Positions 14,035 to 26,304 of a stretch of DNA of 64,000 bases are shown here, piece after piece. The number at the start of each line of letters is the position of its first letter. The stretch's first letter is position 1. The translations under genes and the position numbers were made by a program. Below the pieces are notes generated by a model. It was not told the DNA's origin. It saw nothing but the letters and a program-made list of their open reading frames with translations, and searched no databases. The stretch comes from Chiloscyllium plagiosum (taxonomy: Eukaryota): contig NC_057720.1 in NCBI RefSeq assembly GCF_004010195.1, positions 41,616,518 to 41,680,517 on the forward strand, written 5' to 3'.

Positions 14035-14145
14035 CTTATCATCATCCTCATCTTCATCTTCACTTGTGTCTACATCGTCCATATCTTCCTCCAATGCACT
14101 GACTCGAGCATCCAGCATTTCTGCTTCTTCCAACACATAGCGTTT
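14035..14145 (-). CDS. PRPF38A: PRPF38A exon 5
   Basis: KRYVLEEAEMLDARVSALEEDMDDVDTSEDEDEDDDK; TAG acceptor, GT donor. Confidence 0.96.
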
Positions 14146-14789
14146 CTAGAGAAAATAGCTCATGATAATGCAGATTTACATCACTGACAGTGAATAGTTC
14201 AAGGTCAATGAAAGCTTTGTAGCTGCAAAATTCAGAACATGTTGATTGGACATTAGGAATATGTTAACAACTTACTTTCATACTGCAGGCAGCAATTTCA
14301 CTTGGCAAAGGGTTACTCTTTTACTCTTGTATAGGTAAAACCTTGAAAATATGTAACTAGTGTCGCACTTTTGCAAACCATTAGAACTATATTTCTACCT
14401 GCATAATTCTAGTTTATGGGCTTTTCAGATATAAATCGAACAATTTACTATGTGGTTTGGAATCCTGTGACCTCCCCCCTCAATGTCCTTTTCCCTTTCT
14501 AAACACTGAAAGCAAGACTTAAAGGTTATTTGATTGGAGAAAATCACAAGCAATTCTGTCAGCTGTCTTAGTGCAGCCTCTTTATACAAATTATCTTCAA
14601 CTGCATCCATGATGTTCAGCTCGACAAGGGATCAAATAGGGTGTTGTCTGCTATTGATTTCGGTGTTTACCACCATCAGCAACCTCTCTGACAACAAAGC
14701 AATCAATGACACTTTGAAGGACTTGGACAGCATCCTGTCTTGAGTTCACAATGGTAAGATATATTCATATAACTCAAGTGCCAGACAAG

Positions 14790-14917
14790 AGATGAAGGGC
14801 TTTTGCTCAAAACGTGATTTTCCTGCTCCTCCGATGCTGCCCAACCTGCTGTGCTTTTCCAGCACCACTCTAACCTAGACTCTGATCTCCAGCATCTACA
14901 GTCTTCACTTTTGCCCC
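14790..14917 (+). mobile_element. short Penelope-tail insertion with 11-bp TSD, inside an older LINE fragment
   Basis: TGCCAGACAAG at 14779-14789 and 14918-14928; begins inside a decayed hammerhead (GATGAAGGGCTTTTGCTCAAAACGT). Confidence 0.75.
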
Positions 14918-15754
14918 TGCCAGACAAGGGAAGCCATCCAAAGTGACACCACTGCAAAGTTCACCAATGTTTTCTCATTATCTATAAAGGCTCATGCAAG
15001 AAGTGTAATGGAATACTTGCATCGTACCTGGATGGAAGAAACATCTGCTATACTCAAGAAACTTGGTACTCTGCAGAACAAAAGAGTTTTTGACTGGTTC
15101 CCCGACTCGTGAACTCAACCTGATTACCAATGTATGCACATATCTGCAATATTTACATGATGCACTGTAGCAACTTACAATGGTTATGCTGATAGCATCT
15201 GCCAGCTCCATGACCTCTACCATTGGTGACAAGAGCAGCAATACAATGGTAATCGCAAAATTCTTTCCATAACACATGCCAGCCTAACTTTCATTTTAGA
15301 GGATAAAATCTTTAAATTTTTTAACAGTACAACTGGTATCTTTGTGCCAAACAACTTCCTTGTTCTGAACAGGAAGTGAACTTGATATTTTATACAAAAA
15401 TTAACAGTGTCAGAGCCTTTTCCCATTGAAAGATGTATCCAGAGTGTTGACAAATTACTGATCTACTATTGTAACAAATATAAAGTTACCATAGTCCTAC
15501 TAAACCATAGGGCTGCTTTCTCATTAGAAAGACTGGTGGTAGTCATAACCTAGCAAGTGCACAAAACAAACCTAACACATGAGGTTAGTATCAGATTGAT
15601 CTTACAAGGAGATAAGAGAATGGATTAATATTTTGAAGATTCGTTTCACTATGTTAGAAGATCTATGTAAAATTGCTCAAGATATTAAGTAGTGAATGTA
15701 AATCATAAATAGCTTGTAGCTCAATTAAGAAAAATGTTAGGGAAGTAATTAAGG

Positions 15755-16998
15755 AAGTACTTGGAAAGGCAAGGACTGACTAGGGATAGTCAACATGGCT
15801 TTGTGCATGGGAAATCATGCCACACAAACTTGATTGAGTTTTTTGAAGAAATAACAGAGGATTGATGAGGGCAGAGCAGTAGATGTGATCTATATGACTT
15901 CAGTAAGGCGTTCGACAAGGTGGGATTAGTAAGGTTAGATGTCACAGAATGCAGGGAGAACGAGACATTTGAATACAGAACTGGCTCAAAGGTAGAAGAC
16001 AGAGGGTGGTGGCAAGTGTTGTTTTTCAGACTGGAGGCCTGTGACCAGTGGAGTGCTACAAGGATCGGTGCTGGATCCTCTACTTTTTGTCATTTACATA
16101 AATGACTTGGATGCGAGCATAAGAGGTACAGTTTGCAGATGACACCAAAATTGGAGGTGTAGTGGACAGCGAAGAGGGTTACCTCAGATTACAAAAGGAT
16201 CTAGACCAGATGGGCCAATGGGCTGAGAAGTGGCAGATGGAGTTTAATTCAGATAAATGAGAGGTGCTGCATTTTGCGAAAGCAAATCTTAGCAGGACTT
16301 ATACACTTAATGGTAAGGTCCTAGGGAGTGTTGCTGAACAAAGAGATCTTGGAGTGCAGGTTCAGAGCTCCTTGAAAGTGGAGTCACAGGTAGATAGGAT
16401 AGTGAAGGCGGCGTTTGGTATGCTTTCCTTTGTTGGTCAGAGTATTGAGTTCAGGAATTGGGAGGTCATGCTGCAGCTGTACAGGACATTGGTTAGGCCA
16501 CTGTTGGAATATTGCGTGCAATTCTGGTCTCCTTCCTATTGGAAAGATGTTGTGAAACTTGAAAGGGTTCAGAAAAGATCTACAAGGATGTTGCCAGGGT
16601 TGGAGGATTTGAGCAATGGGGAGAGGCTGAACAGACTGGGACTGTTTTCCCTGGAGCGTCAGAGGCTGAGGGGTGACCTTATAGAGGTTTACAAAATTAT
16701 GAGGGGCATGGATAGGGTAAATAAGCAAAGTCTTTTCCCTGGTGTTGGGGAGTTCAGAACTACAGGGCATAGGTTTGGGTGAGAGGGGAAAGATATAAAA
16801 GAGACCTAAGGGGCAACTCTTTCACACAGAGGGTGGTATGAGTATGGAAGGCATTTGGATGGGTATATGAATAGGAAGGATTTGGAGGGATATGGGCTGG
16901 GTGCTGGCAGGTGGAACTAGATTGGTTTGGGATATCTGGTCAGCATGGACGGGTTGGACAGAAGGGTCTGTTTCCATGCCTGCACATCTCTATGTGAC
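15755..16998 (+). mobile_element. CR1 LINE 3' fragment
   Basis: RT and C-terminal remnants (QRDLGV, LEYCVQFWSP, RLRGDLIEVYKIM) and CR1 3' UTR. Confidence 0.93.
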
Positions 16999-17975
16999 TC
17001 ACTAATGTGATGTCTTCACCCTCTCGTAGTTCTACAAACTGTGCCCCTCGATAATATACTCATCAATAAAACCAGTTTGTCCCATCACCTTGTAGATTAA
17101 AAATCTGATGTTCACAATATCTGTTAGCTTTCAATATTGACTGTACCTATACTGAGTGATTAATACCATTTTTAGAGACTTCTTCACTAAGGTGATAGTT
17201 TGTAAGACTGCACTTTCAGATTTAATATATTGTTATAACAACCCTCTCCCAATGAGGTACTTACCAGACCCTCTGGTTCAGCCACTTGACAAACATCATT
17301 TCTAGGCTCCAGGTATTTTTTTATACCTCATTAACAATGCCATACCACCCTTACCAAGAAACTCCCCCTCCTGATATAGCCTCTTTGTCCAGTGCTTCTG
17401 TTACACTCTCTAATCTTGCTGGATTTAAAGAATGCCCTTTATCTTGACTGTTAAAGTGCTAAACCATAGGAAATCAAATAACTGTAGCGATAAACATTCG
17501 CACACATTGTGTGCACAGTTGAATGTGAAGAGTTAAGATATACATTGAGGAATCAAGTATGTATCACATAATATTCCTTCATCATTCCAAACTATTCCTT
17601 CATCATTAAAAAAGTCATTAACCTCAAGGAAAATAAACTGCATTTTATTGCAAGACAAGTTAACATATCCAGTTCTTGGACATCCAGATGCAGTCTTGGT
17701 GCATCAGGTTACATGGCTACCAAAAGTCCTCTGCTTTCTTATGATGGTAGCTACCCTTTATATGTGAGCCTAAAATGTGAATGCTGGCAAGTTATTTAAT
17801 CATGTTGTGGGATGGAAGATAGTGGTGAATGATAGCCTAGCGTCCCACCCGACATCTGCCCATGCATACTTTTTCAATTAATGAGAAGGATGTGCAGGGG
17901 TGTCAATTCTGAATGGTAGATACAATTAATTAGAGAAAGAAAACATATAATATATCACTTTCCAAAAATCTATAC

Positions 17976-18061
17976 CTGAAGTCTGGGCAAGATAATATCA
18001 CAAACTCGCTCTTCATGGAGTAGCTCATCCATAAATTCATCCACATGAATAAGTTCAAAAT
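17976..18061 (-). CDS. PRPF38A: PRPF38A exon 4
   Basis: FELIHVDEFMDELLHEERVCDIILPRLQ; AAG acceptor, GT donor. Confidence 0.96.
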
Positions 18062-18681
18062 CTTGAGGAGAAAAAAAGAGATAATATAAAAACAAAAATG
18101 AAAGATCCATAAAACATCAAAAATGAAAGATCCATTTTGATTTGTAGATTACTCATAAGTAAAAGGTGACCATTTAAGAACTGATTAACCAGCTTGGAAG
18201 AAAATTAAATTATCTCGAATTAGACCTCCATTTGGTTAGGTTTGATGCAATATCGTTATTTTTCTTCTACTAACAATATTCTTGTGGTTTACCTAACAGT
18301 CTTTCATTAATTTTTAACTTAATAGAATAATAGATTGGCTTAACACAAAAGACTCAAGCATGACTCAAAACACTAGACCTCTGGACTGGTTTAATTTACA
18401 TCCATCAAGGATAATGTAATGAATTTCAAAGATTTAACCATCAAAAGTTAATTGAATTTTGTTACTGAGAGTGAATACTTGAGTCAACTGAGATTAGAAA
18501 TTATTGCAATGTTAAGCTGTTGTGACTAAAGCAATATCACAATTGTGAAAATCTATAACCATCATTAGTGATCAAAGTATTGTTTCTTCTATCAAGGGAT
18601 CTTTCAAAGTTTCATCCACAGGGCCCTCAATTCTGCAAAGCAATTAGGTTTCACTTTTACTCGTGGTTAGAGCAACTTTAC

Positions 18682-18803
18682 CTCCATCTCTCTTCTGCCT
18701 CTTCACTTTGCGATAATCATTATAGAGTGGTTCCAGATATTTATAACAATCAATGGCAGAACCTGTCAGTCGCATGTACAATGCACCCAACAGTCTAACA
18801 TAC
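18682..18803 (-). CDS. PRPF38A: PRPF38A exon 3
   Basis: YVRLLGALYMRLTGSAIDCYKYLEPLYNDYRKVKRQKRDG; CAG acceptor, GT donor. Confidence 0.97.
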
Positions 18804-19406
18804 CTGGGATGAAAACCAACAAAAAATGCATTAAACTTAATTTGCAAGCAGTTGCTTTATTTTTTTAAAATCTAATATTGTCAGATAGCAAAGAACTTGG
18901 CTATGCATTAATAAAGGATGCACAAGAAAACATTTGACAAAAATTGCAAATGTAAGGCGCAGTGGTTTAAGACATTTTGATGTTATGGAGGGTAACTAAT
19001 ATTCAATGGTCATTAATTACCTTTCATTATAATGAAGAAACAAATTTCACTTTCTGCAGTTTCATCATATATGTAAGGAAAGGATAGGACTATCCCACCT
19101 TTTTATTGAAGGATCATGCTGAAGGAGTTAATTTTATATGTGTAGCTTCCCCATTGAAATTGGTGTTTTTCACGTTTATATCAAGGCAGATGATTCAACC
19201 AAGAATTGTAAAGCCATGCATGTCTTTGTTCTCAGAGTCCCAATATGTACATTTTTCAACAGGAAACGCCAAAGAGTAAAAAGAACCAGTAACTCTGGCT
19301 ATTTGTTTATACTTTAACACTGTGCCCTCAGTCTGGTCTATAAATGGACAATGAACATTGGAATTGATAAAATTATAAATTATATGATTCTATAAATAAT
19401 ACATAC

Positions 19407-19566
19407 TTAAAATCTTCATTCTTTATAAATTCAACAATAATATCCTTTTCAGGCTGAATTTGAAGCATTTTAAGGGTCAGACAAAGGAATGGTGATGGTT
19501 TAATATTCCCACCATAGACGCCACCAATATATTTCAGTTCCATAGCTTTATCCACAACCAATTCCG
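19407..19566 (-). CDS. PRPF38A: PRPF38A exon 2
   Basis: ELVVDKAMELKYIGGVYGGNIKPSPFLCLTLKMLQIQPEKDIIVEFIKNEDF; TAG acceptor, GT donor. Confidence 0.97.
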
Positions 19567-20322
19567 CTAAGAAACAAAAAAGAAATCCATTTACTACAAT
19601 ATTTATACAGCATAGAACATCTATAATTGAATCAATCTGCTTTCATACTTAAACAAAATGAGAACTTTTGAAACATTACACATCAGATTTGTATTATTGT
19701 AGCAAGGAAAGCGTAAAAATGAACAGACTAAATGTAGTTGCGTGCAAAGTTTGGCATGAACTGGAATTTTGCACAAATGCATACTTCGCATCAACAACAA
19801 ACCCTTTAAATCTTATTTTTTGCCAACTACAAACCACCCTAAACTCCCTTTCTTTCAAAGTCCTTGACTGTGCTGTTGCCTCTTGAACCGTTGTATCTTT
19901 CTCAGAAGTCTGCACATTAATCCCTCTAATCATTCTTACCTCAATATAAAGTGACTTTTATCAAAGTCACAAACAACATCCTAAGTGATTGCCACAAATA
20001 CTAAATATTCCTCTTCATTTCTCTGTAGATGTGGCTGACCACACCATCCTCCTTCATCACCATCCAACTAGGCAAGTCTGCATTTACATGCTTCCATTCT
20101 CATTTATTTAATCTTAGCCAAGAGTAACAACCTTCATATCATGGACATTATCTCGTTCCATGTGAAGATTTTGAGAGATGGTGGGTTAGTAAACTGGATA
20201 ACATTTCTTCCTGGATGACAACACAGTCTCAAAATTCTGCTGAAGCATGAATGGAGGTTATTTGGTATCAATAGAAAAATATGCAGAGATGGGTAAGCAG
20301 AACAGACAAACATTTGGAGAGA

Positions 20323-20447
20323 CAATAACCTGATGAAGGAGCGTCGCTCCGAAAGCTAGTGTGCTTCCAATTAAACCTGTTGGACTATAACCTGGTGTTG
20401 TGTGATTTTTAACTTTGTACACCCCAGTCCAACACCGGCATCTCCGA
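20323..20447 (+). mobile_element. 125-bp hammerhead-containing Penelope-derived retroposon with 11-bp TSD
   Basis: ATTTGGAGAGA at 20312-20322 and 20448-20458; CTGATGA-A-GGAGC-GTC-GCTCC-GAAA-GCTA at 20330-20358. Confidence 0.8.
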
Positions 20448-21026
20448 ATTTGGAGAGATGTAATTTAATGAGGTTGCGTGAGTTAATACATGCTGTGAAG
20501 AAAAACAAGGAATGGAATAATAGGAGAGTACAGGTGGTCTACACTAAAACTTTTGAGGGGCAGATAGCAGCAGTTTTGAAAGGTCATGTAATTGAGGAAA
20601 GTTCGAATATCAGCTAGTACAAGTTATGAAAGGGATGGAATGGACAAGGTGAAGGTACAGAGCAAGTAGTGGATTCTGTGGAATGATGAAGAAGTGACCC
20701 TGGACCCGAAACATTAACTCTACTTTCTCACCACAGATGCTACCACATCTCAACACCACAGATGTTAAGATTTTCCAGCAGCTTCTGTTTTTGCTAGTGG
20801 GTTTTGTCGCTCAAGAGAAACTACAAAATAAGCTAAAACGCAATATGCAATATATCTGCGAACTCAAACGAGGACAGGAATATGAAATGCCATTACCGTA
20901 ACCGAGATTCTGCTACCAGCCGAGAATACTAAAGCATTTACTGTCTAGACAAGGAGTTAGCGGCCCAGACTCCAGCCACAATTATGTCCTGAAGCTCAGT
21001 GTTTGACCGTATGTCTTCATTCTCAC

Positions 21027-21156
21027 CTGTCAGCCCGAAACATTCCTCCTTCCAGTACTTAGATTCATAGATGCGGGTCCGGATAATTTTCTCGATCAAA
21101 TACTGTGGGTTGGTTCCATGGATGCTATGAGCATCTTTCACAGTTCGGTTCGCCAT
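21027..21156 (-). CDS. PRPF38A: PRPF38A exon 1 (ATG at 21156)
   Basis: MANRTVKDAHSIHGTNPQYLIEKIIRTRIYESKYWKEECFGLT followed by GTGAGA donor. Confidence 0.98.
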
Positions 21157-21218
21157 AGCAATCCCGACAGGCAAAGCGCCACCTCAGTCGGTACTTGCGG
21201 GTGAGCCCCAAAACCCCA

Positions 21219-21368
21219 CGGCCGGGCAGACTCTCCAGTAATAGCGCCCCCCGCGGCCGGGCAGACTCTCCAGTAATAGCGCCCCCCGCGGCCGGGCAGA
21301 CTCTCGGTAATAGCGCCCCCCGCGGCCGGGCAGACTTTCCGGTAATAGCGCCCCCTGCGGCCGGGCAG
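21219..21368. repeat. 35-bp tandem repeat, about 4.3 copies
   Basis: Unit CGGCCGGGCAGACTCTCCAGTAATAGCGCCCCCCG with 0-3 differences per copy. Confidence 0.95.
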
Positions 21369-21404
21369 TCTTCCTGTCGTTTCATTTTACTGCCCCCAGA
21401 ATAC

Positions 21405-21433
21405 TTTTCGCGGTCGCCGGAATGGCGCGAAAA
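21405..21433. promoter_or_regulatory. inverted pair of E2F sites
   Basis: TTTTCGCGG at 21405-21413 and GGCGCGAAAA at 21424-21433; ORC1 is an established E2F target. Confidence 0.75.
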
Positions 21434-21667
21434 CGTCGCATTTCGGTTGGACGTTGTGTAGGTCGGAGCTAACATTTCTGTAGTTGAAGATAGCGGAGAG
21501 CTTCTTGGGCTGGAGTCACTTTTCATTCTTGTGATCTGAAATATTTGTATGAGTATTTGAATTGATGTTTCTTCCGAGTTGAGCAGAAGAAGTTCGATGG
21601 AGACGAGTCTATGAGTGTTATTTAATTTTAGTTTTTATTATCTGAATTTTACTGAAACGTGGCTGAA

Positions 21668-21771
21668 ATGAGCAAATATTTAACAAGGTTGAAGGACCGT
21701 GAAAGATACGTTTATACTTGGTTGGGAAAACCTCTTCATATCAATCGCAAACTGCGGCAATCGGATTATGA
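21668..21771 (+). CDS. ORC1: origin recognition complex subunit 1, coding exon 1
   Basis: MSKYLTRLKDRERYVYTWLGKPLHINRKLRQSDY resembles the vertebrate ORC1 N-terminus; GTGAGT donor is in phase with the next exon. Confidence 0.9.
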
Positions 21772-22001
21772 GTGAGTTCAAGTTGCATTTTGTCCTCTTC
21801 CAGTCTGTTGAAAGTCTGTGTCTTTGGGATTAGAATGTAAAGTCCCTTGAATCTGAGAGTGTTCCCTCTAGGATTGTCTGCACTGTCACCATATATTAGG
21901 TTGATTATCATTAATCTATTTATGGTATGTGGGTCTAGACTAGTATTTATTGCCCGTCCCTATTTGCTCTTGAGAAGGTGGTGATGCCTTGTTGAACAGC
22001 G

Positions 22002-22402
22002 TTAAAAATTACACACCAGGTGATAGCTTTCAGAGCGCTGCTCCTTCGTCAGGTAGCTTTGGAAAAGGATCATAAGACATAGAATTTCTTTTCTTATAAC
22101 CTTTTGCGATAAATTCTGTGTCTTATGATCGTCTTCCAAAGCTATCTGATGAAGGAACAGTGCTCCGAAAGCTAGTGCTTCCAAATAAACCTGTTGGACT
22201 ATAACCTGGTGTAGTGTGATTTTTAAGGTTGTTGTCCAACAGATTTATTTGGAAGCACACCAGCTTTCGGAGCACAACCTGGCGTTGTGATTTTTAACTT
22301 TGTACACCCCAGTCCAACACTGGCATCTCCAAATCATGACAACAACCTGGTGTTGTGTGATTTTTAACTGTGTCCACCCCAGTCTAACACTGGCACCTCC
22401 AT
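22002..22402. mobile_element. Penelope-derived fold-back with two opposed hammerheads and tandemly repeated tails, nested in an old LINE
   Basis: About 22024-22087 pairs with 22111-22175; the ACAACCTGGTGTTGTGTGATTTTTAAC-type tail occurs three times. Confidence 0.75.
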
Positions 22403-22714
22403 TTTTTGAAGCGCTGAAGTTCACCTACTGTGGGTTGCATTTCAATCCCATTAGCGAGGGAATTCCAGGATTTTGACCCAGAACCAGTGAAGGAACGACA
22501 ATGTATTTCCAAGTCTGGTTGGTGAGTGGCTAGGCACGGTACTTTTAAGTGGTGATGTTCTCATGTATCTGCTGCCCTTTTCATTCTCTAAGGAAGTGGT
22601 TCTGGATTTGGAGGGTGCTGTTTCAGGAACCTTGGTAAATTTATTCAGTGCATCTTGTAGATGGTACATGCTGCTGCTGCACTGTAACAATGATGGACTG
22701 ACTGAACCTGACTG

Positions 22715-24975
22715 GTCATAGAGTCACAGAGATGTACAGCACAGAAGGAGACCCTTTGGTCCAACTCGTCCATGCCGACTAGATATCCTAATCTAATCAA
22801 GTTCCATTTACCAGCACTTGGCCCATATCCCTCTAAACCCTTCCTATTCATATATCCATCCATTCATATATGCCTTTTAAATGTTGTAATAGTACCAGCC
22901 TTCACCACTTCCTCTGGCAGCTCATTCCATACACGCACCACCCTCTGCATGAACAGCTCGCCTTTTAGGCCCCTTTTAAATTTTTTCCCCTCTCACCCTC
23001 CACCTATGCCCTCTAGACCTGGACACTCACACCTTAGGGAAAAGACTTTGTCTATTTATCCTATCCATGCCCCATCTTTATAAAATCATTTCCCTAACAG
23101 AGTTCTAGGATATACCTGATCAGGTCAATGGGATTTATCCACTTTTATATGTTTTACAACATCCAGCACCACTTTTTTCAGTGACATTTTTCAAGATGTC
23201 ACCATCTATTTCCCCACATTCTATATCTTTCGTGTCCTTCTCCATAGTAAACGCTGATACAAAATATTTTTTTAGTATCTTCCCCCCATCTCTGGCTGCC
23301 TTGCTGATCTTTGAGGGGCCCTATTCTCTCCCTTTTGTCTTGAATATATTTATAAAATCCTTTAGATTCTCCTTAACTGAGTTTACCAAAGCTATCTCAT
23401 GTCCCCTTTTTGCCCTCCTGATTTTCCTCTTAAGTATACTCCTACTGCCTTTATAGTCTTCTAAGGATTCACTCGATGTCTGCTGTCTATACATGACATA
23501 TGCTTCCTTCTTTTTCTTACCCAAAACCTAAATTTGTCTAGTCATCCAGCATTCTCTACACCTACTAGCCTTGCCTTTTCCCTAACAGGAATATACTGTC
23601 TCTGGACTCTTGTTATCCCATTTTTGAAGGCTTCCCATTTTTCAGCTGTCCCTTTACCTGCAAGCATCTGTCCCCAATCAACATTTGAAAAGTTCTTGCC
23701 TCGTACTGTCAAAATTGGCCTTCCTCCAAGTTCAAACTTCAACTTTTAGATCTGGTCTATCTTCTTCCATCATTATTTTAAAACTAATAGAATTATGGTC
23801 GCTGGCCCCAAAGTGCTCCCCCACTGACACCTCGGTTATCTGTCCTGCGTTATTTCTCCAAGAATAGGTCAGGTTTTGCACCTTCTCTACTAGATACGTC
23901 CACATACTGAATCAAAACATTTTTTTATACACACTTAACAAATTCTTCTCCATCTAAACACTGACAATCCCAGTCTATGTTTGGCAAGTTAAAGTCCTCT
24001 ATTATAACCACCCTATTATTCTTACAGACAACTGCGATCTCTTTACAAATTTGTTTCTCAGTTTTCTGCTGTTGGAGGCCTATAATACAATCCAATATGG
24101 TGATCATCCTTTTTGTATTTTTCAGTTTGACCCAAATAACTTCCCTGGATGTATTCCCAGGGAGATCCTCCCTAAGTACAGCCATAATGTTATCCCTTAA
24201 CAAAAACACTACCCCCCCCCGGCCCCACCTTTCTATCCTTCCTATAGCGTTTTTATCCTGAAGCATTAAGCTGCTAGTCCTGTCCATCCCTGAGCCACAT
24301 CTCTGTAATTGCTATGATATCCTAGTCCCATGTTCCTAACCATGCCCTGAGTTCATCTGCCTTCCCTGTTAGGCCTCTTGCATTGAAATAAATGCAGTTT
24401 CATTGACCAGTTCTGCCTTATTCTCTGCTTTGTTCCTGACTGTTTGACTCGCTCCTTTTCCCAACGGCACCAGTCTCAGATTGATCTCTGTCCTCCCTAT
24501 TTCCCTGGGTCCTATCCTTCCCCCCTTACTAGTCTAAATCCTCCCAAGCAGCTCCAGTAAATCTCGCTGTCAGTATGTTAGTCCCCTTTGAATTCAGCTG
24601 CAATCCCTCTTTCTTCTACAGGTCGCTTCTACCCCAGAAGAGATTCCTGTGATCCAAAAACGTGAACCCTTCTCCCCTACACCAGCTCCTCAGCCAAGGA
24701 TTCATCTGCTCTATTCTCCTATTCCTACTCTCGGTAGCTCACAGCACCGGGAGCAATCCAGATATTACTACGTTTGAGGACCTCCTTTTCATATTCCTGT
24801 TTAACTTTCTAAATTCACCCTTAAGAATCTCATCCTTTTTCCCTCCTGTGTTGTCAATTCCAATGTGTACAACAACCTCTTGCTGGTCCCTTTCCCCTTT
24901 GAGAACAGTCTGCGCCCTCTCTGAGACATTCTTGATCCTGGCACCAGGGAGACAACACACCATTCTGATTTTTCG
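22715..24975 (-). mobile_element. internally deleted CR1 LINE (ORF1 esterase part, ORF2 endonuclease part, 3' end)
   Basis: Minus frames give VCCLPGARI..VVVHIG (SGNH-type ORF1), RGGGV..DFNLPNIDW (APE endonuclease) and KWEAFK; CR1 3' UTR at about 22715-23075. Confidence 0.88.
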
Positions 24976-26098
24976 GATGTTAAGCTTCTTGGTGAATGTT
25001 TTTTGTAGCACATCTTGTAGATATCACACAAAGTACACAAGAAGGCTAGAGCTTTGCACAGCAGCAGAGGTTCCCTCAAGCACCAACGATGACAATATGA
25101 ATAGCCAGTTCTGTCAACATTTGTACTTATTTAACATCGCACTGTTCTGTCAAGAGACCCACAGAAACAGTGTCGCTACTTCGACCTTGCACATCTGAGA
25201 ATATTGAGAAATCAGTGAATGGGCTGCCACTGTACATTGGTGGAGGAGTGAATGCTTAAGATGCTGATCAAACAGGATGCTTTGAACTACGTAGTGACTA
25301 TCTCCATCAGTGTTGGAGCTACATCTATCCAGGCTAGTGTAGAATATTCCATGACATTCCCAGGACTTGTGCAGGAATGCCTGTCATTGATAGTCCAAAC
25401 ATGAATGTTATCAATATTATTCGGTGTGTGGGCACAGACTAATTCAATATCTTGGGATCTATGAATTATAATGAATGATGTGTCATCACCATCAAAAGTC
25501 AGTGGGAATTTTCAATGCTGAATGGTGACATAGAAATTTCTTGATTTAATAAATATTCTTCTAGTACTTCTTGGTTAATTTTAGCATTGTCAGGAAGTAG
25601 GTTATACCATTTACTGTCATGCCCCAGTATTTTTCTTGACTCCAAATAAATTGTATTGTAAAACTGCATACAAAAGACTGCAAAGGCTCTAAGATCACCT
25701 GATGTCATTTGTTGATTGAAACCAAGAGGAACAAAATGAATACTGTATTCCAGACTGATATGAATCAATGCCCTTCAGTGAAACTAATTTAAAAAGGTAT
25801 GATCGTCAACACAAACACTGTCTCAAATCACCCACTTTATTTGGAAAATAACTATAAATTGTAAAAAATCATTAAGATAAGACAGCAGTGTTTGTAACGT
25901 GCTTTTAAAATCAGCTAGAAGTTGCTTGCAGGCAGAGTTTCTCTGTTAGCCATGAAACTAGCTACAGTCCAAACGGCCATGGTAATTAATAGCAATAACT
26001 TGTAAGCAGGTAATCCAAATAGAGAAGGAGTCCCTCAGCTTGTTCCAATTTCAAGTTCACTTGGAAGCCAACGTCTCAGAAATTAAACTGCAGGAAGC

Positions 26099-26304
26099 GT
26101 GATGTGGATGTGCCAGTGTTTGTCTGGGGTGCATAATGTCAGAAGTCATACAACACCAGGTTATAGTCCAATGGGTTTATTTGAAACCACAAGCTTTCAG
26201 ACCCCTTCTCTCCACTTCACCTGATGAAGGAGCAGCGTTATGAAAGTTTGTGATTTCAAATAAACCTGCTGGAATATAACCTGGTGTTGTGTGATTTCTG
26301 ACTT
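26099..26304. mobile_element. short Penelope-derived fold-back insertion with 10-bp TSD
   Basis: TGCAGGAAGC at 26089-26098 and 26305-26314; inverted tail arms around a decayed CTGATGA...GAAA. Confidence 0.75.

Larger units (their letters stand above)
21157..21667. promoter_or_regulatory. bidirectional CpG-rich promoter of PRPF38A and ORC1
   Basis: Head-to-head ATGs at 21156 (-) and 21668 (+); CpG-dense 21.15-21.5 kb in an otherwise CpG-poor window. Confidence 0.85.

Noticed and set aside
17571-18136. Small 15-18 bp direct duplications near PRPF38A exon 4
   Set aside because: Ordinary slippage duplications with no functional evidence.
21125-21526. Repetitive ORFs across the promoter; CRISPR-like appearance
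   Set aside because: Plain tandem repeat without unique spacers, in a eukaryotic promoter.
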